NCBI GenBank assembly: GCA_963786375.1
Contig: CAWAYP010000013.1
Coordinates: forward strand, 15,479-79,478
Length of the DNA stretch: 64,000 bases
Reading direction: 5' to 3'
From: an uncultured Verrucomicrobiae bacterium
GTDB taxonomy: Bacteria > Verrucomicrobiota > Verrucomicrobiia > Limisphaerales > UBA11358
The position numbers were made by a program, and so were the translations under genes. Every line of letters starts with the position of its first letter. The first letter of the stretch is position 1. Below are positions 1 through 9,903 of this stretch, piece by piece. The notes beneath the pieces are model-generated. The model saw only the letters and a list, made by a program, of their open reading frames with translations. It did not search any database and had not been told where the DNA came from.

Positions 1-810
1 CTGTCCGCCCTGGGGCATGGCGTCACGTGAATTGACCGCCAGATTCATCAGCACTTGTTCCATCATGCCCGGATCCGCGTGAATGGGTGAGCCGCCCGGT
101 GCGTAACGGGTTTTCAATTTTATGTCCTCGCCAATGAGACGTTGCAACATCTTGGTGACGTTCTCGACGATTTCATTCAAATCGACATCCTTCAGTTGGA
201 TAGGATGACGGCGGCTGAATGTAAGCAACTGCCGGGTGAGACCGGCGGCTCGCTCGGCCGCGCGGGAGATTTCGGCTATGGCGGTGGCTTGGTCTACTTC
301 TGAAAGCTGTTGTGTTTGCAACAAAGACGCATGGCCTTGAATGATGGTAAGGATATTGTTGAAATCATGAGCGACGCCGGCGGCCAACTGGCCGAAAGCC
401 TCCATTTTTTGCGACTGTCGGAATTGGGACTCCAACTCCGTGCGCTCGGTGATGTCCCTTTCAGTTGAAACAAAGTGTGTGATTCTGCCATCGCCATCTT
501 TAATTGGAGAGATGATCTTTTCCGAAGGGTACAGCTTGCCGTTCTTCTTTCGGTTGACCAGAACGCCGCAATAATTCTGGCCACTAAGGATCGTTTTCCA
601 CATGCTGCCATAAAACTCCGCACTGTGCCGGCCGGATTTGAGAATTCGCGGGTTTTGTCCAATGACCTCCTCCCGGGTATAGCCGGTCACAGCCTCAAAG
701 GCCGGGTTTACATATTCGATGGTGCCCGCAAGGTCGGTGATGAACACGGATTCCGCCGTCTGTTCGACGGCGCGCGCCAGGCGTTTCAGCAAATCGTGTG
801 TTGGTTCCAT
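1..810 (-). CDS. PAS-domain sensor histidine kinase, first 270 codons (C-terminus lies beyond the left window edge)
   Basis: I translated the minus strand from the ATG at 808-810: MEPTHDLLKRLARAVEQTAESVFITDLAGTIEYVNPAFEAVTGYTREEVIGQNPRILKSG... (PAS). It has an H-box FGQLAAGVAHDFNNIL and an N-box MNLAVNSRDAMPQGG. The frame stays open to position 1, which is why the ORF is missing from the supplied track. Confidence 0.85.
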   Translation of the reverse strand, partial: MEPTHDLLKRLARAVEQTAESVFITDLAGTIEYVNPAFEAVTGYTREEVIGQNPRILKSGRHSAEFYGSMWKTILSGQNYCGVLVNRKKNGKLYPSEKIISPIKDGDGRITHFVSTERDITERTELESQFRQSQKMEAFGQLAAGVAHDFNNILTIIQGHASLLQTQQLSEVDQATAIAEISRAAERAAGLTRQLLTFSRRHPIQLKDVDLNEIVENVTKMLQRLIGEDIKLKTRYAPGGSPIHADPGMMEQVLMNLAVNSRDAMPQGGQ

Positions 811-991
811 GACTTATAATTTCTTGATCGGCTTGAACACCTGTGTGGCGGCTGCGCGAATCGAATCTTTTATTTGAGATCGAACTCGATGCGGCAAAGG
901 GTAAGGATTGCTTGTGCGAAGAGGAATGAAACGCTTAGCACAAGCCCGCCAGTTATAATTCAATAACGACCAGCATTTTCGGCTGGCCAAG

Positions 992-1348
992 TTATCGCCA
1001 GCCGCCGCGGATCCAGACGTGTCGGCCACCACGATAGGCATAATGCGGCCGCAGCCATACTGCGCCGGGATGCGGAGGCCTTCCCCAATAGCCGCGATGC
1101 CAAGCCCACCCGCCCGGCCCCCAGCCCCAGAAGCCGCCGACCCAAATGAATCCCGGTGCCGGAGCCACACCCACCACAACATCTTCTTGGTCGGGCGGTG
1201 GCGGACCGGTTACATCCACTTCTGTGGACACGGCCCCCGCTGGTGGCGGGCCGCTGCGGTAAACAGTTCGCTCGCGAATGATACACCCTGTCAACAGGAA
1301 CGAGGCGCCGAGGATCAACAAAACTGGCTTCAATAGTTTCTTATTCAT
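992..1348 (-). CDS. small lipoprotein with Gly/Trp-rich (YXWGXW-like) repeats
   Basis: ORF track gives 992..1357; I moved the start to the second ATG. Signal peptide plus lipobox MNKKLLKPVLLILGASFLLTGC. Tail GGFWGWGPGGWAWHRGYWGRP...YAYRGGRHVWIRGGWR. Confidence 0.6.
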   Translation of the reverse strand: MNKKLLKPVLLILGASFLLTGCIIRERTVYRSGPPPAGAVSTEVDVTGPPPPDQEDVVVGVAPAPGFIWVGGFWGWGPGGWAWHRGYWGRPPHPGAVWLRPHYAYRGGRHVWIRGGWR

Positions 1349-1583
1349 GATGTCCATTAGACGCCTTCAGCTTCCCACTGTTACAAATGATTTGCAACCG
1401 TTTCTTTCGCAAGCTTCTCAAACAGTTTCTCTCCGAAGACATTCTTTGGCGGCTCAATATTTCTGTCATGCAATACAACTGATCGCCTGCGTGCTGAAGC
1501 CGGATTATCTGTTGCTGCAATCTGAACCATCATGGATGATTTGGCTTCCCGCATGACCATGCGCGTCCAGATGCCAGACCAGC

Positions 1584-4103
1584 TCACGGCACCATCACCC
1601 GATAGAATTGCACTGGAATATTCGGGTTCAGGCTGTTGGTCCATGAGTAGTTGCCGTCGATATCGAACGCCTGAGTCGCCACCACGCCCCAGTTTGAGGT
1701 GGGCAGGTCCAGGCTGGTGGAAGACAGTATGCTGTAAGGGGTGTTGGCATTGCCCATGCCACTGAGGACCAAATTGGTTCCGGCAAGCGAGGCTTGAAGG
1801 GTAGGAACCTGGTAGTTCTGTGTGGCAATGCACATGCCCAAGCCGGATAAATATATGACGTGAGCCGGTCCCGGTCCAACCGCCATTTGTAAAGTCTGTC
1901 CGCACAAGGATTCAAAAGTTGGGTCACCCTGACTCAGTTCATACCAGGTGGTATCGCCTTTGGCTTTAAAGAACAGCTTCGGCTGGTTGTTGGCGTTGAT
2001 CAGCGTATTGATATAAACATTGCCGACATCGTCGCATACCACCCAGCCCGGAGTGACCGAACCGGAAATGCCTGGAAGGGTGACCGAATTGAAGGTCGGC
2101 GACGCGCCGTTGGCATTGGTCGAAGAGTAGAGGCCGGTCGTTTGGGTAACGTAACAAATGCTGTCGCTCGTCGGATCCACCGCCACTGAACCGCTTCTTT
2201 GCAAGGAACCGCCGGAACCGGCTCCTCCCGGGCTGCTGGGGGAAATAATTAGCGACCAGGTGGCACCGGCGTCAGACGAGCGGAAGACGCCATTTACCCG
2301 GTCGGTAAAATATACCATTTGCGAGGAGCCTCCGCCCCAGGAGAAGACCCCTCTCTGAGCTGAACTCACATTCTGCATAATGTTGTTGCCCGTGAAGATT
2401 GGGGCACCACCCCAGCTCCCCGTATTGCCGCCTCCAATTTTTCTCCAGATCCCGCTGCTTTCGACCGCCGCAAGCACCACTGTTCCTATTCCGGAAATAT
2501 ATTTAACCGAGCAACCATACACACTGCCTTGGCTGCCTAGTCCAGAACTGATCCAATTGCTCGTCATTGGATCAGCCAAATAAGCCAAGTCCGTATCGCG
2601 CCCGAAATAGACGGGGCTGACGTTGCCCGGGCCAGGCGTGGTCGTCGAGTCCACTGCCAGACAATATCCATTCTCCGTGCCACCGATGGTGGTGGCTTTT
2701 TGGGTAACATGAGAGAAGTTGTCCGTGGAATACTGGAAGGTCCAATCAACGTCGGAGCATTCTGCCAGAGTAGGGACATTCGGGTCAGCCGCTACCGCAG
2801 TGGATCCCGACGCCTGCAAATGGCGCATGCACGGATACCAGGTCGGACTATTGGTCATTAGCGCGTTATCGCTGCGCCACAAACCACCATGGCCGCATAC
2901 ATAAATGGTGTTGTGGGTGGGATCAGTGGGGTCCAGCGCGGTCTGGCAGGCCACAAATTGCGAACCGCCTATACAATCAGTCACGCCGCCAGAGCTTGCG
3001 ACCGTAAGCCACCAGATATCGCCGCCCGAGCCGCCCATGACCATATTAGTATGAATCTCCGTGGCATTAGTGGTCAGGCAGACCCAATCGGCACCCGAGT
3101 TCGTTGACCGGATGAGGCTAAACTGAAGACCGTTGGCCTCCGACAACGCAATGGTAGTAGTGCCAGCAAAAATCACCGCTTGGTCGGTGTTTGTGTCCCA
3201 AAATCCATCAATCGAATAGAATTGGCTGGGCGTGGAGTCATGGTAGATCTGGGTCCAGACTTGGTTTGTCGGGTTATATTCGTAAATGCCATTGGTGTTG
3301 GCCGCCACGTACAGGATTCCATTTACGACCACGAGTTCCTCAGCTTTGGGAAATGGAGGTTGAGAAACCAAGGTGGCACTGTTCGCGCTGGGCGCATTGC
3401 TGATCACATAAACCGAATCGTCTCCATTTGATGCGTCATAACAGGCCACGTACACGATGGTGGGGTCAAGGTCGTCCATTGCCAAGCCGCGGGTATAAGG
3501 CGGTGTCAACCCCGGGATGGCAATGGTTGTCCAATTTGTGCCCCCGGTGGAGGATCGGATCACCCCGTTGCTGTAAGTGCCGACATAAATGTATTCGCTG
3601 CTCCCGGATGTTGGATCCAAGGCAATCATGTTGCCTACCGAACGGGGATGGCCCTGTGTCACCAATGGCGCGGCATCGTTATCACCGACAAATTTCGCTG
3701 GCGCGGAAACTCTCACCCAGGTGTTGCCGGCATTGGTTGATACAAGAAATCCTCCCCCGCCCAAGATCTCACCCGTAGCCGAATAGACCAGATTGGTTGT
3801 CTTGCGCGAGAATCGCGTCGTCGCCGCTCCCATATCGTTCGCCGAGTCGAACAGCCCGTCATTGTCGCTGGCGTCCCGGACGCAAATGGGCATCATCAAC
3901 TGGCCATAGTTCGTGGTGAGGTGGAAGGGCCATGAATCTCCGCCGCATATGACCCGGCCCGGGGTGAAGGGATCAGGAGCCACGGACACCATGCACCCGC
4001 CGCCATCCTTGCCGCTCGGGGCAAAGGTATAAGTCGGGGGCGTTACTGCGGAGGTACATAGCGCCATGCAAACTCCGAGAAGAATGAGAGCATGACTGCG
4101 CAT
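1584..4103 (-). CDS. secreted BNR/Asp-box repeat beta-propeller protein
   Basis: 839-aa ORF with signal peptide MRSHALILLGVCMALCTSAV. Asp-box (SxDxGxTW) motifs STNAGNTW, STNSGADW, SSDAGATW and SSTGGTNW. C-terminal ...VQFYRVMVP tail. Confidence 0.7.
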   Translation of the reverse strand: MRSHALILLGVCMALCTSAVTPPTYTFAPSGKDGGGCMVSVAPDPFTPGRVICGGDSWPFHLTTNYGQLMMPICVRDASDNDGLFDSANDMGAATTRFSRKTTNLVYSATGEILGGGGFLVSTNAGNTWVRVSAPAKFVGDNDAAPLVTQGHPRSVGNMIALDPTSGSSEYIYVGTYSNGVIRSSTGGTNWTTIAIPGLTPPYTRGLAMDDLDPTIVYVACYDASNGDDSVYVISNAPSANSATLVSQPPFPKAEELVVVNGILYVAANTNGIYEYNPTNQVWTQIYHDSTPSQFYSIDGFWDTNTDQAVIFAGTTTIALSEANGLQFSLIRSTNSGADWVCLTTNATEIHTNMVMGGSGGDIWWLTVASSGGVTDCIGGSQFVACQTALDPTDPTHNTIYVCGHGGLWRSDNALMTNSPTWYPCMRHLQASGSTAVAADPNVPTLAECSDVDWTFQYSTDNFSHVTQKATTIGGTENGYCLAVDSTTTPGPGNVSPVYFGRDTDLAYLADPMTSNWISSGLGSQGSVYGCSVKYISGIGTVVLAAVESSGIWRKIGGGNTGSWGGAPIFTGNNIMQNVSSAQRGVFSWGGGSSQMVYFTDRVNGVFRSSDAGATWSLIISPSSPGGAGSGGSLQRSGSVAVDPTSDSICYVTQTTGLYSSTNANGASPTFNSVTLPGISGSVTPGWVVCDDVGNVYINTLINANNQPKLFFKAKGDTTWYELSQGDPTFESLCGQTLQMAVGPGPAHVIYLSGLGMCIATQNYQVPTLQASLAGTNLVLSGMGNANTPYSILSSTSLDLPTSNWGVVATQAFDIDGNYSWTNSLNPNIPVQFYRVMVP

Positions 4104-4462
4104 ATGTTTTCGTATTATATTGTGTGGGCTTTACCATTTCATTTCTGGTCCACGACCAGCGTGGGCCTTTTTCGTGATTCTCTTCCTGCTCGGCAGATTG
4201 ACAAGTTCATTTTCCGGTCCGCCCTCTGTTTTTCTCTGGCAAAGGGAACGATTCGTTGACAGTTGTGCCGCCACACGCTTGCCCGGGTTTCTCAAGATCA
4301 ATTCAATCGCCGAGTGGCCAAATAATTCATCCGTCATTTCGCTGTCAGCAAAAACGTCAGCAAAGGTGCAGGGAAGGTGCTGACTGGGTGTAGTGGCAGA
4401 GTAGTGCTTGATTAGCCCGTCAATTCGGGTACTTTTCGGTCTGAAACGACGCTTTAGGCGAC

Positions 4463-4485
4463 CGATTCCGACCTCCGCCTCCAAA
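4463..4485 (+). repeat. att-core-like repeat, copy 1 (resembles a tRNA 3' end: ..CGATT CCGAC CTCCGCC T CCA)
   Basis: 21/23 identical to 31507-31529. It parses as T-loop end, T-stem 3' strand, 7-nt acceptor strand, U discriminator and CCA. The upstream sequence does not complete a cloverleaf. Confidence 0.45.
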
Positions 4486-4530
4486 CCTAACCAGTTGGAA
4501 CTGTAGGGTTTGGTTAACTTCCACAGACGA

Positions 4531-4550
4531 GTGCCAGCGGAAGTGCCAGC
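4531..4550 (+). repeat. GTGCCAGC x2 direct repeat, 12-bp period (candidate arm-type integrase site)
   Basis: gaGTGCCAGCggaaGTGCCAGCagg, about 90 bp upstream of int1. The same pair occurs at 31342-31361. Confidence 0.5.
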
Positions 4551-4643
4551 AGGATTTAACTCTGGCCTGCCCTGCGTAACTCCCACCTGCTCCCTGCCGG
4601 AGTCGAGATCAACCGTCGTAAACTCATCGCTGTGAATACAGTT

Positions 4644-5694
4644 ATGAGACAACGATACCGGCTCTACCGCCGCAAAAAAGGCGGACGCTACTACATTCAC
4701 GATGACGTGACCGGCAAGCAGGACAGCTTGCACACCACCGACCGCGCCACGGCGCTGCGGTTGTTCCATTCGCGCGGCGAAGCGCAGCAGCAGCCCGCCG
4801 TGAACCTGCAAATCGCCCGCGCCTATCTCGCCGCCAGCGACCCGCAGATTGCCACCCGCAACTGGCAGTTCGTCATGGAGGAAATGGTCAAACTCAAAAA
4901 AGGCGAGACGCAACACCGCTGGCAGACCGCCATCAAGGACAAGGCGTTTGACTTGATTCGTCACCTGCCGGTTTTGGAAACGCGGCCGGAAAACTTTTTG
5001 CGCGTGCTCGAAACCGGAAAAGTTTCGACCAATGTATATTTGCGGCGCATCCACAACTTCGCCCTGGACATGACGTGGCTGCCGTGGCCGGTCATCGTAA
5101 AACGGCAATGGCCGAAAGTTGAGTTCAAGGACAAGCGCGCCATCACCTGGGAGGAACATCAGGCCATCGTCACCCGCGAACTGAATCCCGAACGCAAAGC
5201 GTTCTATAAACTGGCGTGGCACCTGGGCGCGTCGCAGTCCGATCTCGCGGGCCTCGAAGCTGAAAACATTGATTGGGAACACAACGTCATCAGTTTCGCG
5301 CGCAAAAAGACCGGCTCCATTGCCATCATGCGCTTCGATGACGAAGTGGCGGAGATTCTCCGGGATTTGCCGGGGAGCGGCCCGCTGTTTCCGTATCTGC
5401 GCTCGGTTCGTTCCGGCGACCGGGCGACGGAATTTCATCAGCGCATCGCGGGCTTGGGCATCAAAGGTGTCAGCTTGCATTCGTATCGGTATGCGTGGGC
5501 GGAACGTGCCAAAAAAGCCGGGTTATCCCGAACGGTTCGCACAGGAGGCGCTTGGTCATAACAGCAAGGCCATTCACCGCTCCTACGCGCGTAATGCACA
5601 GGTGGAACTGCCGCCGTTGAGCGAATTTGAACGGATGCGCACCAAGTTCGCGGAAATGTCCAAAACCCTTGAGCCAGTGATGGCCAAGGCATAA
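4644..5694 (+). pseudogene. tyrosine recombinase/integrase int1, one frameshift upstream of the catalytic Tyr region
   Basis: ORFs 4632..5561 and 5269..5694 together align over their full length to the intact paralog 31718..32713. ...LHSYRYAWAERAKKAG reads in one frame and YPERFAQEALGHNSKAIHRSYAR in the next. The shift lies in the A6/G3 runs at 5511-5522. Confidence 0.85.
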
Positions 5695-5708
5695 CCGGAG
5701 GAAATCAC

Positions 5709-5977
5709 ATGAACTTGAATCCTGCCACAGTGCTCGACCCCGTGTTCCATTTTCTCGATTGGATCATCGCAGAATGGGGAGTTTATCTGTTTCTCGCGTT
5801 CGTCTGGCTGTCGGTGTTGTGCTGGCGTGGGTGTTCAGCGGCGGGTTGCGCCGGAAATTCCCCAATCAACCGCACGTCAGCGCCAGCATCGGCATTATCA
5901 TTCAGCCGCACACACCACCACCGCCACCAACAATCATCATCCACGAATATCACCCGCCGGATGATGGCATGGATTAA
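5709..5977 (+). pseudogene. small membrane protein, apparently frameshifted
   Basis: MNLNPATVLDPVFHFLDWIIAEWGVYLFLAFVWLSV (TM segment) continues plausibly in the frame of ORF 5759..5977 (...VLAWVFSGGLRRKF...PPPPPTIIIHEYHPPDDGMD). No family recognised. Confidence 0.3.
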
Positions 5978-6046
5978 ACCAGGTGTTTTGTGAAGTGTGA
6001 CGATGGGGACGGGCGAGCGGCGCGCGCGTAACGGACTCGCCCGTCC

Positions 6047-6346
6047 TCATGCCGGTTGTGCCTGCCGTGCCCGCTTCCGCGCGTTCTTGTTGCGCCAGTG
6101 CCGGTGAATGGCCGCCGCCACTTTATCGAGCCATTCCGGGCTGGCGAATTTCTCCGCGAGCGCGTCACGCGAAAAATGCTTCACGCAATAGCGCCCCGGA
6201 TGGCCGAGCGGCTTGAGCAGACCCGACCGCACCAGTGGCGGGATGGTATGCGTGGCAACGCCCAGCGCTTCGGCCACTTTCTCCTTGGTCATCAAGACCG
6301 GAAATTTTTCCAGCGTCTGTAATTTCAATGACGATTCGGGATTCAT
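6047..6346 (-). CDS. small helix-turn-helix protein (excisionase/AlpA-like by size and context)
   Basis: 99 aa with LMTKEKVAEALGVATHTIPPLVRSGLLKP, an HTH-like segment. It sits between the integrase and the relaxase. Confidence 0.5.
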   Translation of the reverse strand: MNPESSLKLQTLEKFPVLMTKEKVAEALGVATHTIPPLVRSGLLKPLGHPGRYCVKHFSRDALAEKFASPEWLDKVAAAIHRHWRNKNARKRARQAQPA

Positions 6347-6726
6347 ACTTTCTCCTTGGTAAAAGCGATGGCGACGGCGGCAACATGGGTTTTGAACGTG
6401 GCGGCGTAGCGCCGGTCAGCCGACTTCACAAATTTCAATTCATACTTCTGGATCGCCCGTTCAACGGCCTTGAGTCCGCTCCCCAGCACCGCAACTTCGG
6501 CCACGGCAAAACAGAGCAACAGCTTTTCGGGCGGGGCATCCGGCTTCGTTTCCAACGCCGGATTGGAAATCATCTCTGCATACAGAAATTGCGCGTAAGG
6601 CAGTTGGTAACTCTTGCCGTCGTCGGCCACCACGTTCAAAGTGGCGACCGTGGAATCCGTGCCGTAAGAAGGATTGTCGCGCGGGTTAGACGCCGATTCG
6701 GTGGGTGGAGGTTCGTTGGTGTTCAT
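6343..6726 (-). CDS. hypothetical protein
   Basis: 127-aa ORF that overlaps the downstream gene start by 4 nt (operon-like coupling). No motif recognised. Confidence 0.4.
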   Translation of the reverse strand: MNTNEPPPTESASNPRDNPSYGTDSTVATLNVVADDGKSYQLPYAQFLYAEMISNPALETKPDAPPEKLLLCFAVAEVAVLGSGLKAVERAIQKYELKFVKSADRRYAATFKTHVAAVAIAFTKEKV

Positions 6727-9416
6727 AACGGGGTGTTTTCATTTGTGGGCTGCGATTGTCAGGTAAAATGGTTTGTTGCAGTCCGAGGCGCTGGCGGAAC
6801 TGTTTCAGGAAGCGATGACCGCGCTGCAAAACATTCAGGATGAATTTTCGGCGGTGGACGGGCGGGACAACTTCCACCGCCGCCAGCCGCGCGCTGGAAC
6901 GGGTGACGTGCGAGCGCAACATCTCGGCATCATCAGTGAACACGCGGCACGCATCGCGCCCGCGCGAGATGCTGACGTAAAATTGCTGCTGATTGATCGC
7001 CGGCAGCGAACGCGACGACGCGACGACCAGCACTTCATCCACGGTCTTGCCCTGGGCGGCGTGCGACGTGACGGCGTAGCCGTGCGTGAACGTGCGATAG
7101 TTTTCTGGAATCACCCGGCCATCGGCCAGCACCACGGAATCACCCTGAATCGCCCGCACCTCGACCAATTCGCCGTTGATGAATTTTTTCTGCCAGTTCG
7201 ATTGCAGCAGCAGCTTGTCGCCAGCGGCCACTTTCAACTTCCGTTTCTCCCCCACATCAAACAAGGCGGCAGCCTTGCACCCAATGGGAAAATACTTTCG
7301 GAACCGTCCGCGCGTTGGACTTTCAAGGCGTCATTTTCGACGGCGACCACCGCGACGGTTTCATCTTTGGCAAAACCAGTTTTTTGCCGGTGAAACCGAA
7401 TCGCCAGGCCGGGACGATATTGCCGCGCATCCCGCTTCTGCGCTTCCGTCCACGACAGCGAATCAAAAACTTGAAACTCCTTTTCCTCACCCGCCAGCCG
7501 ACCGGACGTTTTCAACGCGGCGCGGACTTTTTCCGTCACCGCCTCGATTTCATTCCACGTCGGCGCGACCAGCAGCACGGATTGGTTTTGCTGCCAATGC
7601 TTTTACATACGACTGCGCGGCAGAGCCGTGAAGTTGGTTGCCGGAAAGTTCAGTCACCGCTCCCATGCGTTCCAATTGTGCGAACGCTTCATTGGTATTT
7701 TTCTGCGCGGCCAGTTCAACGGCCCGGCGATATTCGACTTTGCGTTGCCGCCGGATGCGGGTCAATTGGCCGGATTGAAAATCCGAATGGTTCTCCAAAA
7801 TCCGCAGCGCATCGCCACGCGCGACCGAAGCGTGCTGGCCGGTGTCGCCCGACAGCACAATGCGTGCGTCCCGCGCCAGGTCAAACAGCCGCTTCATGTC
7901 GTCCATCCCGACCGCCCCGGCCTCATCCAGCACCACCAACTGACGGGCAGACAACGCCGGTTTCGTCAGCAGCAAACTTTGCAGTGTCACCGCCTCGAAT
8001 CCTTCTTTGCGGAGAACATCCGTTGCCGCCGCCGTCGGCGCGCAGAACAGCGGTTCAACGCGGGCTTCCTTGCAGGCGGCGACCAGCTCGCGCAACGCCG
8101 TGGTTTTGCCGCTGCCCGCCAGACCGCGCAGGCCGGTGATGCGGTCACTGGTGCGCAGCACATGATAAATCGCCCGCTGCTGATCTTCGCCGAGCCAGTC
8201 GGCAGGCCGATAGCCGGGATGCAATGGCGCGACCGCATCGCAACCCGCGTTGACCGTCTGAATCAAATCCAGTTCCGTTGCCAAAATCTGCCGCGTGGAA
8301 AATCCGCGTTCGGTTTTCACCAGGTCCGCCGAATACTTCACCGCCGCTTTCAACGCCGGCAAATCCACTTCGCCCAGGCGTTGCGACAGGGCCACGTTCA
8401 ACAGTTCATGCTCCGGCACGACCGACTTGCGCTCGAACACATGGGCGACGGCATGGTTCAGGGTTTGGTTTTCCGGTTCAAAGACACGGATTGGCCGGAC
8501 GGGTTGGACTGACGAGCAGAGCTTTTGCAGTGATTGTTGTTCATCCGATGACAACTGCGCCAGTTGGCGTTCGCGCACTTCCGCCGTCGAGATGCCTTTG
8601 ACTTTTTCCGCCCGGCTCTGATGGACTGCGAGGGAAATGGCATTGTTGGAAAGTTTGCGCCCCAGCTTTTGTTCCAGCTCCTGAACCACCGCGTCACGTT
8701 GTTGCGCGCGTTTGGAAAACCGTTTCAACACCTCATCGCTGACGCCCTCAATTTGAAAGCCATGTTTGGACGGTTGAATCCGGTAGCCGATTTGTTGCAC
8801 CCGTTTCGCCAGTTCATTCCGATAAACCGCCGTGCCGTAACGGATGGCGTCATACATGCCGCCCGCTTGCAGGGCTTTCCAGGACCGTTCGCTGTCATCA
8901 AACGTGGCGTTGAACACCGTGAAATGCGTGTGCAACTGCGGGTCGAGCGCGCGGCTGCTCGTGTGCGTGAACGCGGCGGCGGCGAGATTGCCGGTGGTCC
9001 GGTCTTTTTGATTGCCCTGTTTTCTGACTCGCGTGGCGGCGAAGGTTTCGAGTTCGCGGAACGCAATGCGCGTGGCCTCCTCGTGCGCCGTCACCAGCCG
9101 TTCATCCGCCAGCGTCACCGCCAGCACCGACACCGATTTCGGCGCGGAACAGGTGAAATCATAAAACACCCGCCGCTGGCCCTCCTTCAGTTGCCGCTGC
9201 GTCAGCCGTTCGCCGCGTTTCAGGATTTTGATTTTCGCACAGCGCATGAAATTGTTCGCGCGTGACTTCGCTCTTTAATCCCAAGCGTTCCGCGCCCGCG
9301 CCGATCCACTGGCCGGGACGGATTTCGCCCGCCGCGTAGTAATCATTCTGCGACAGGTGCTCGTCGAAATAATTCTCGGCATCGCCAAGATTTTTTTGCG
9401 CAACGGCAGTAAACAT
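6686..9416 (-). pseudogene. MobF-family (TrwC/TraI-like) relaxase-helicase, split over four frames
   Basis: Segments 9159..9416, 7550..9247, 7234..7578 and 6686..7264 read consecutively. N-terminus MFTAVAQKNLGDAENYFDEHLSQNDYYAAG. It has the ...FTCSAPKSVS segment, the His triad HTSSRALDPQLHTH, helicase Walker A GLAGSGKTTAL, LVVLDEAG, and the C-terminal YAVTSHAAQGKTVDEVLVV. Confidence 0.85.
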
Positions 9417-9674
9417 AAGGCGCTATTTTATCGGTTTTTCAAAAGGCTTTGTTCGTTTTTGGAACAATCGTAAATTTCTTCATTCATCGTTTTGCCAATT
9501 TATCCGCAGGCGAACCGGCAAAGGCGTGCCAGACACGCATTTGTATTTCCGCCAATTCAGTCATGCCGGGCAGTTTGCCTGAATCGTTTCCCGCGCGGGT
9601 GTAGCTGATACACGAAATGCACTTGGCCAGTGATTTTTTCATTCGGCACAAGCATGGCCGAAGAAATCTCCCGA

Positions 9675-9695
9675 TTTGTGTAATCTTTACACAAA
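9675..9695. promoter_or_regulatory. palindrome TTTGTGTAA-tct-TTACACAAA (candidate operator)
   Basis: 9-bp perfect arms in the divergent region between the relaxase (-) and 9904 (+). Related to the palindrome at 9792-9810. Confidence 0.4.
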
Positions 9696-9791
9696 ATGAG
9701 ACCTCCGTTTTCCGCCGATCTCCGGCAGCGGAAACGGGGACAGTGAACGTCATTCTCACAACGGCCAGCCTGCCAGACTTCAGGGCGAAAA

Positions 9792-9810
9792 TTGTGCAAT
9801 CATTGCACAA
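9792..9810. promoter_or_regulatory. palindrome TTGTGCAAT-c-ATTGCACAA (candidate operator)
   Basis: 9-bp perfect arms. Shares the TTGTGYAA/TTRCACAA half-sites with 9675-9695. Both are followed by AAATGA. Confidence 0.4.
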
Positions 9811-9903
9811 AATGACTTCCCCCACCTACTGTCCCCCTTGCCAGACTTCTCAGCACTTGGATTCATTCAGGTGCCGGGATATGCTCGACGCCACAGAAAA
9901 ACC

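Noticed and set aside
4396-4484. Possible complete tRNA ending at the att-core-like motif
   Set aside because: A GGCAGAG segment 89 nt upstream could pair 6/7 with the acceptor strand. However, no D-arm or anticodon arm can be drawn, and the T-stem 5' strand (AGGCG) does not pair with CCGAC. The same is true upstream of 31528 and 34216. These are fragments only.
4131-5480. 449-aa ORF on the minus strand
   Set aside because: It lies entirely antisense to the integrase int1 gene, has an Arg/Ala/Gly-rich composition and shows no motifs. This is a typical shadow ORF of GC-rich coding DNA.
9484-9825. 113-aa minus-strand ORF in the relaxase / 9904 intergenic region
   Set aside because: It is Cys/Arg-rich with no motif, and it spans the two palindromic operator candidates. 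A regulatory region is more likely than a gene.
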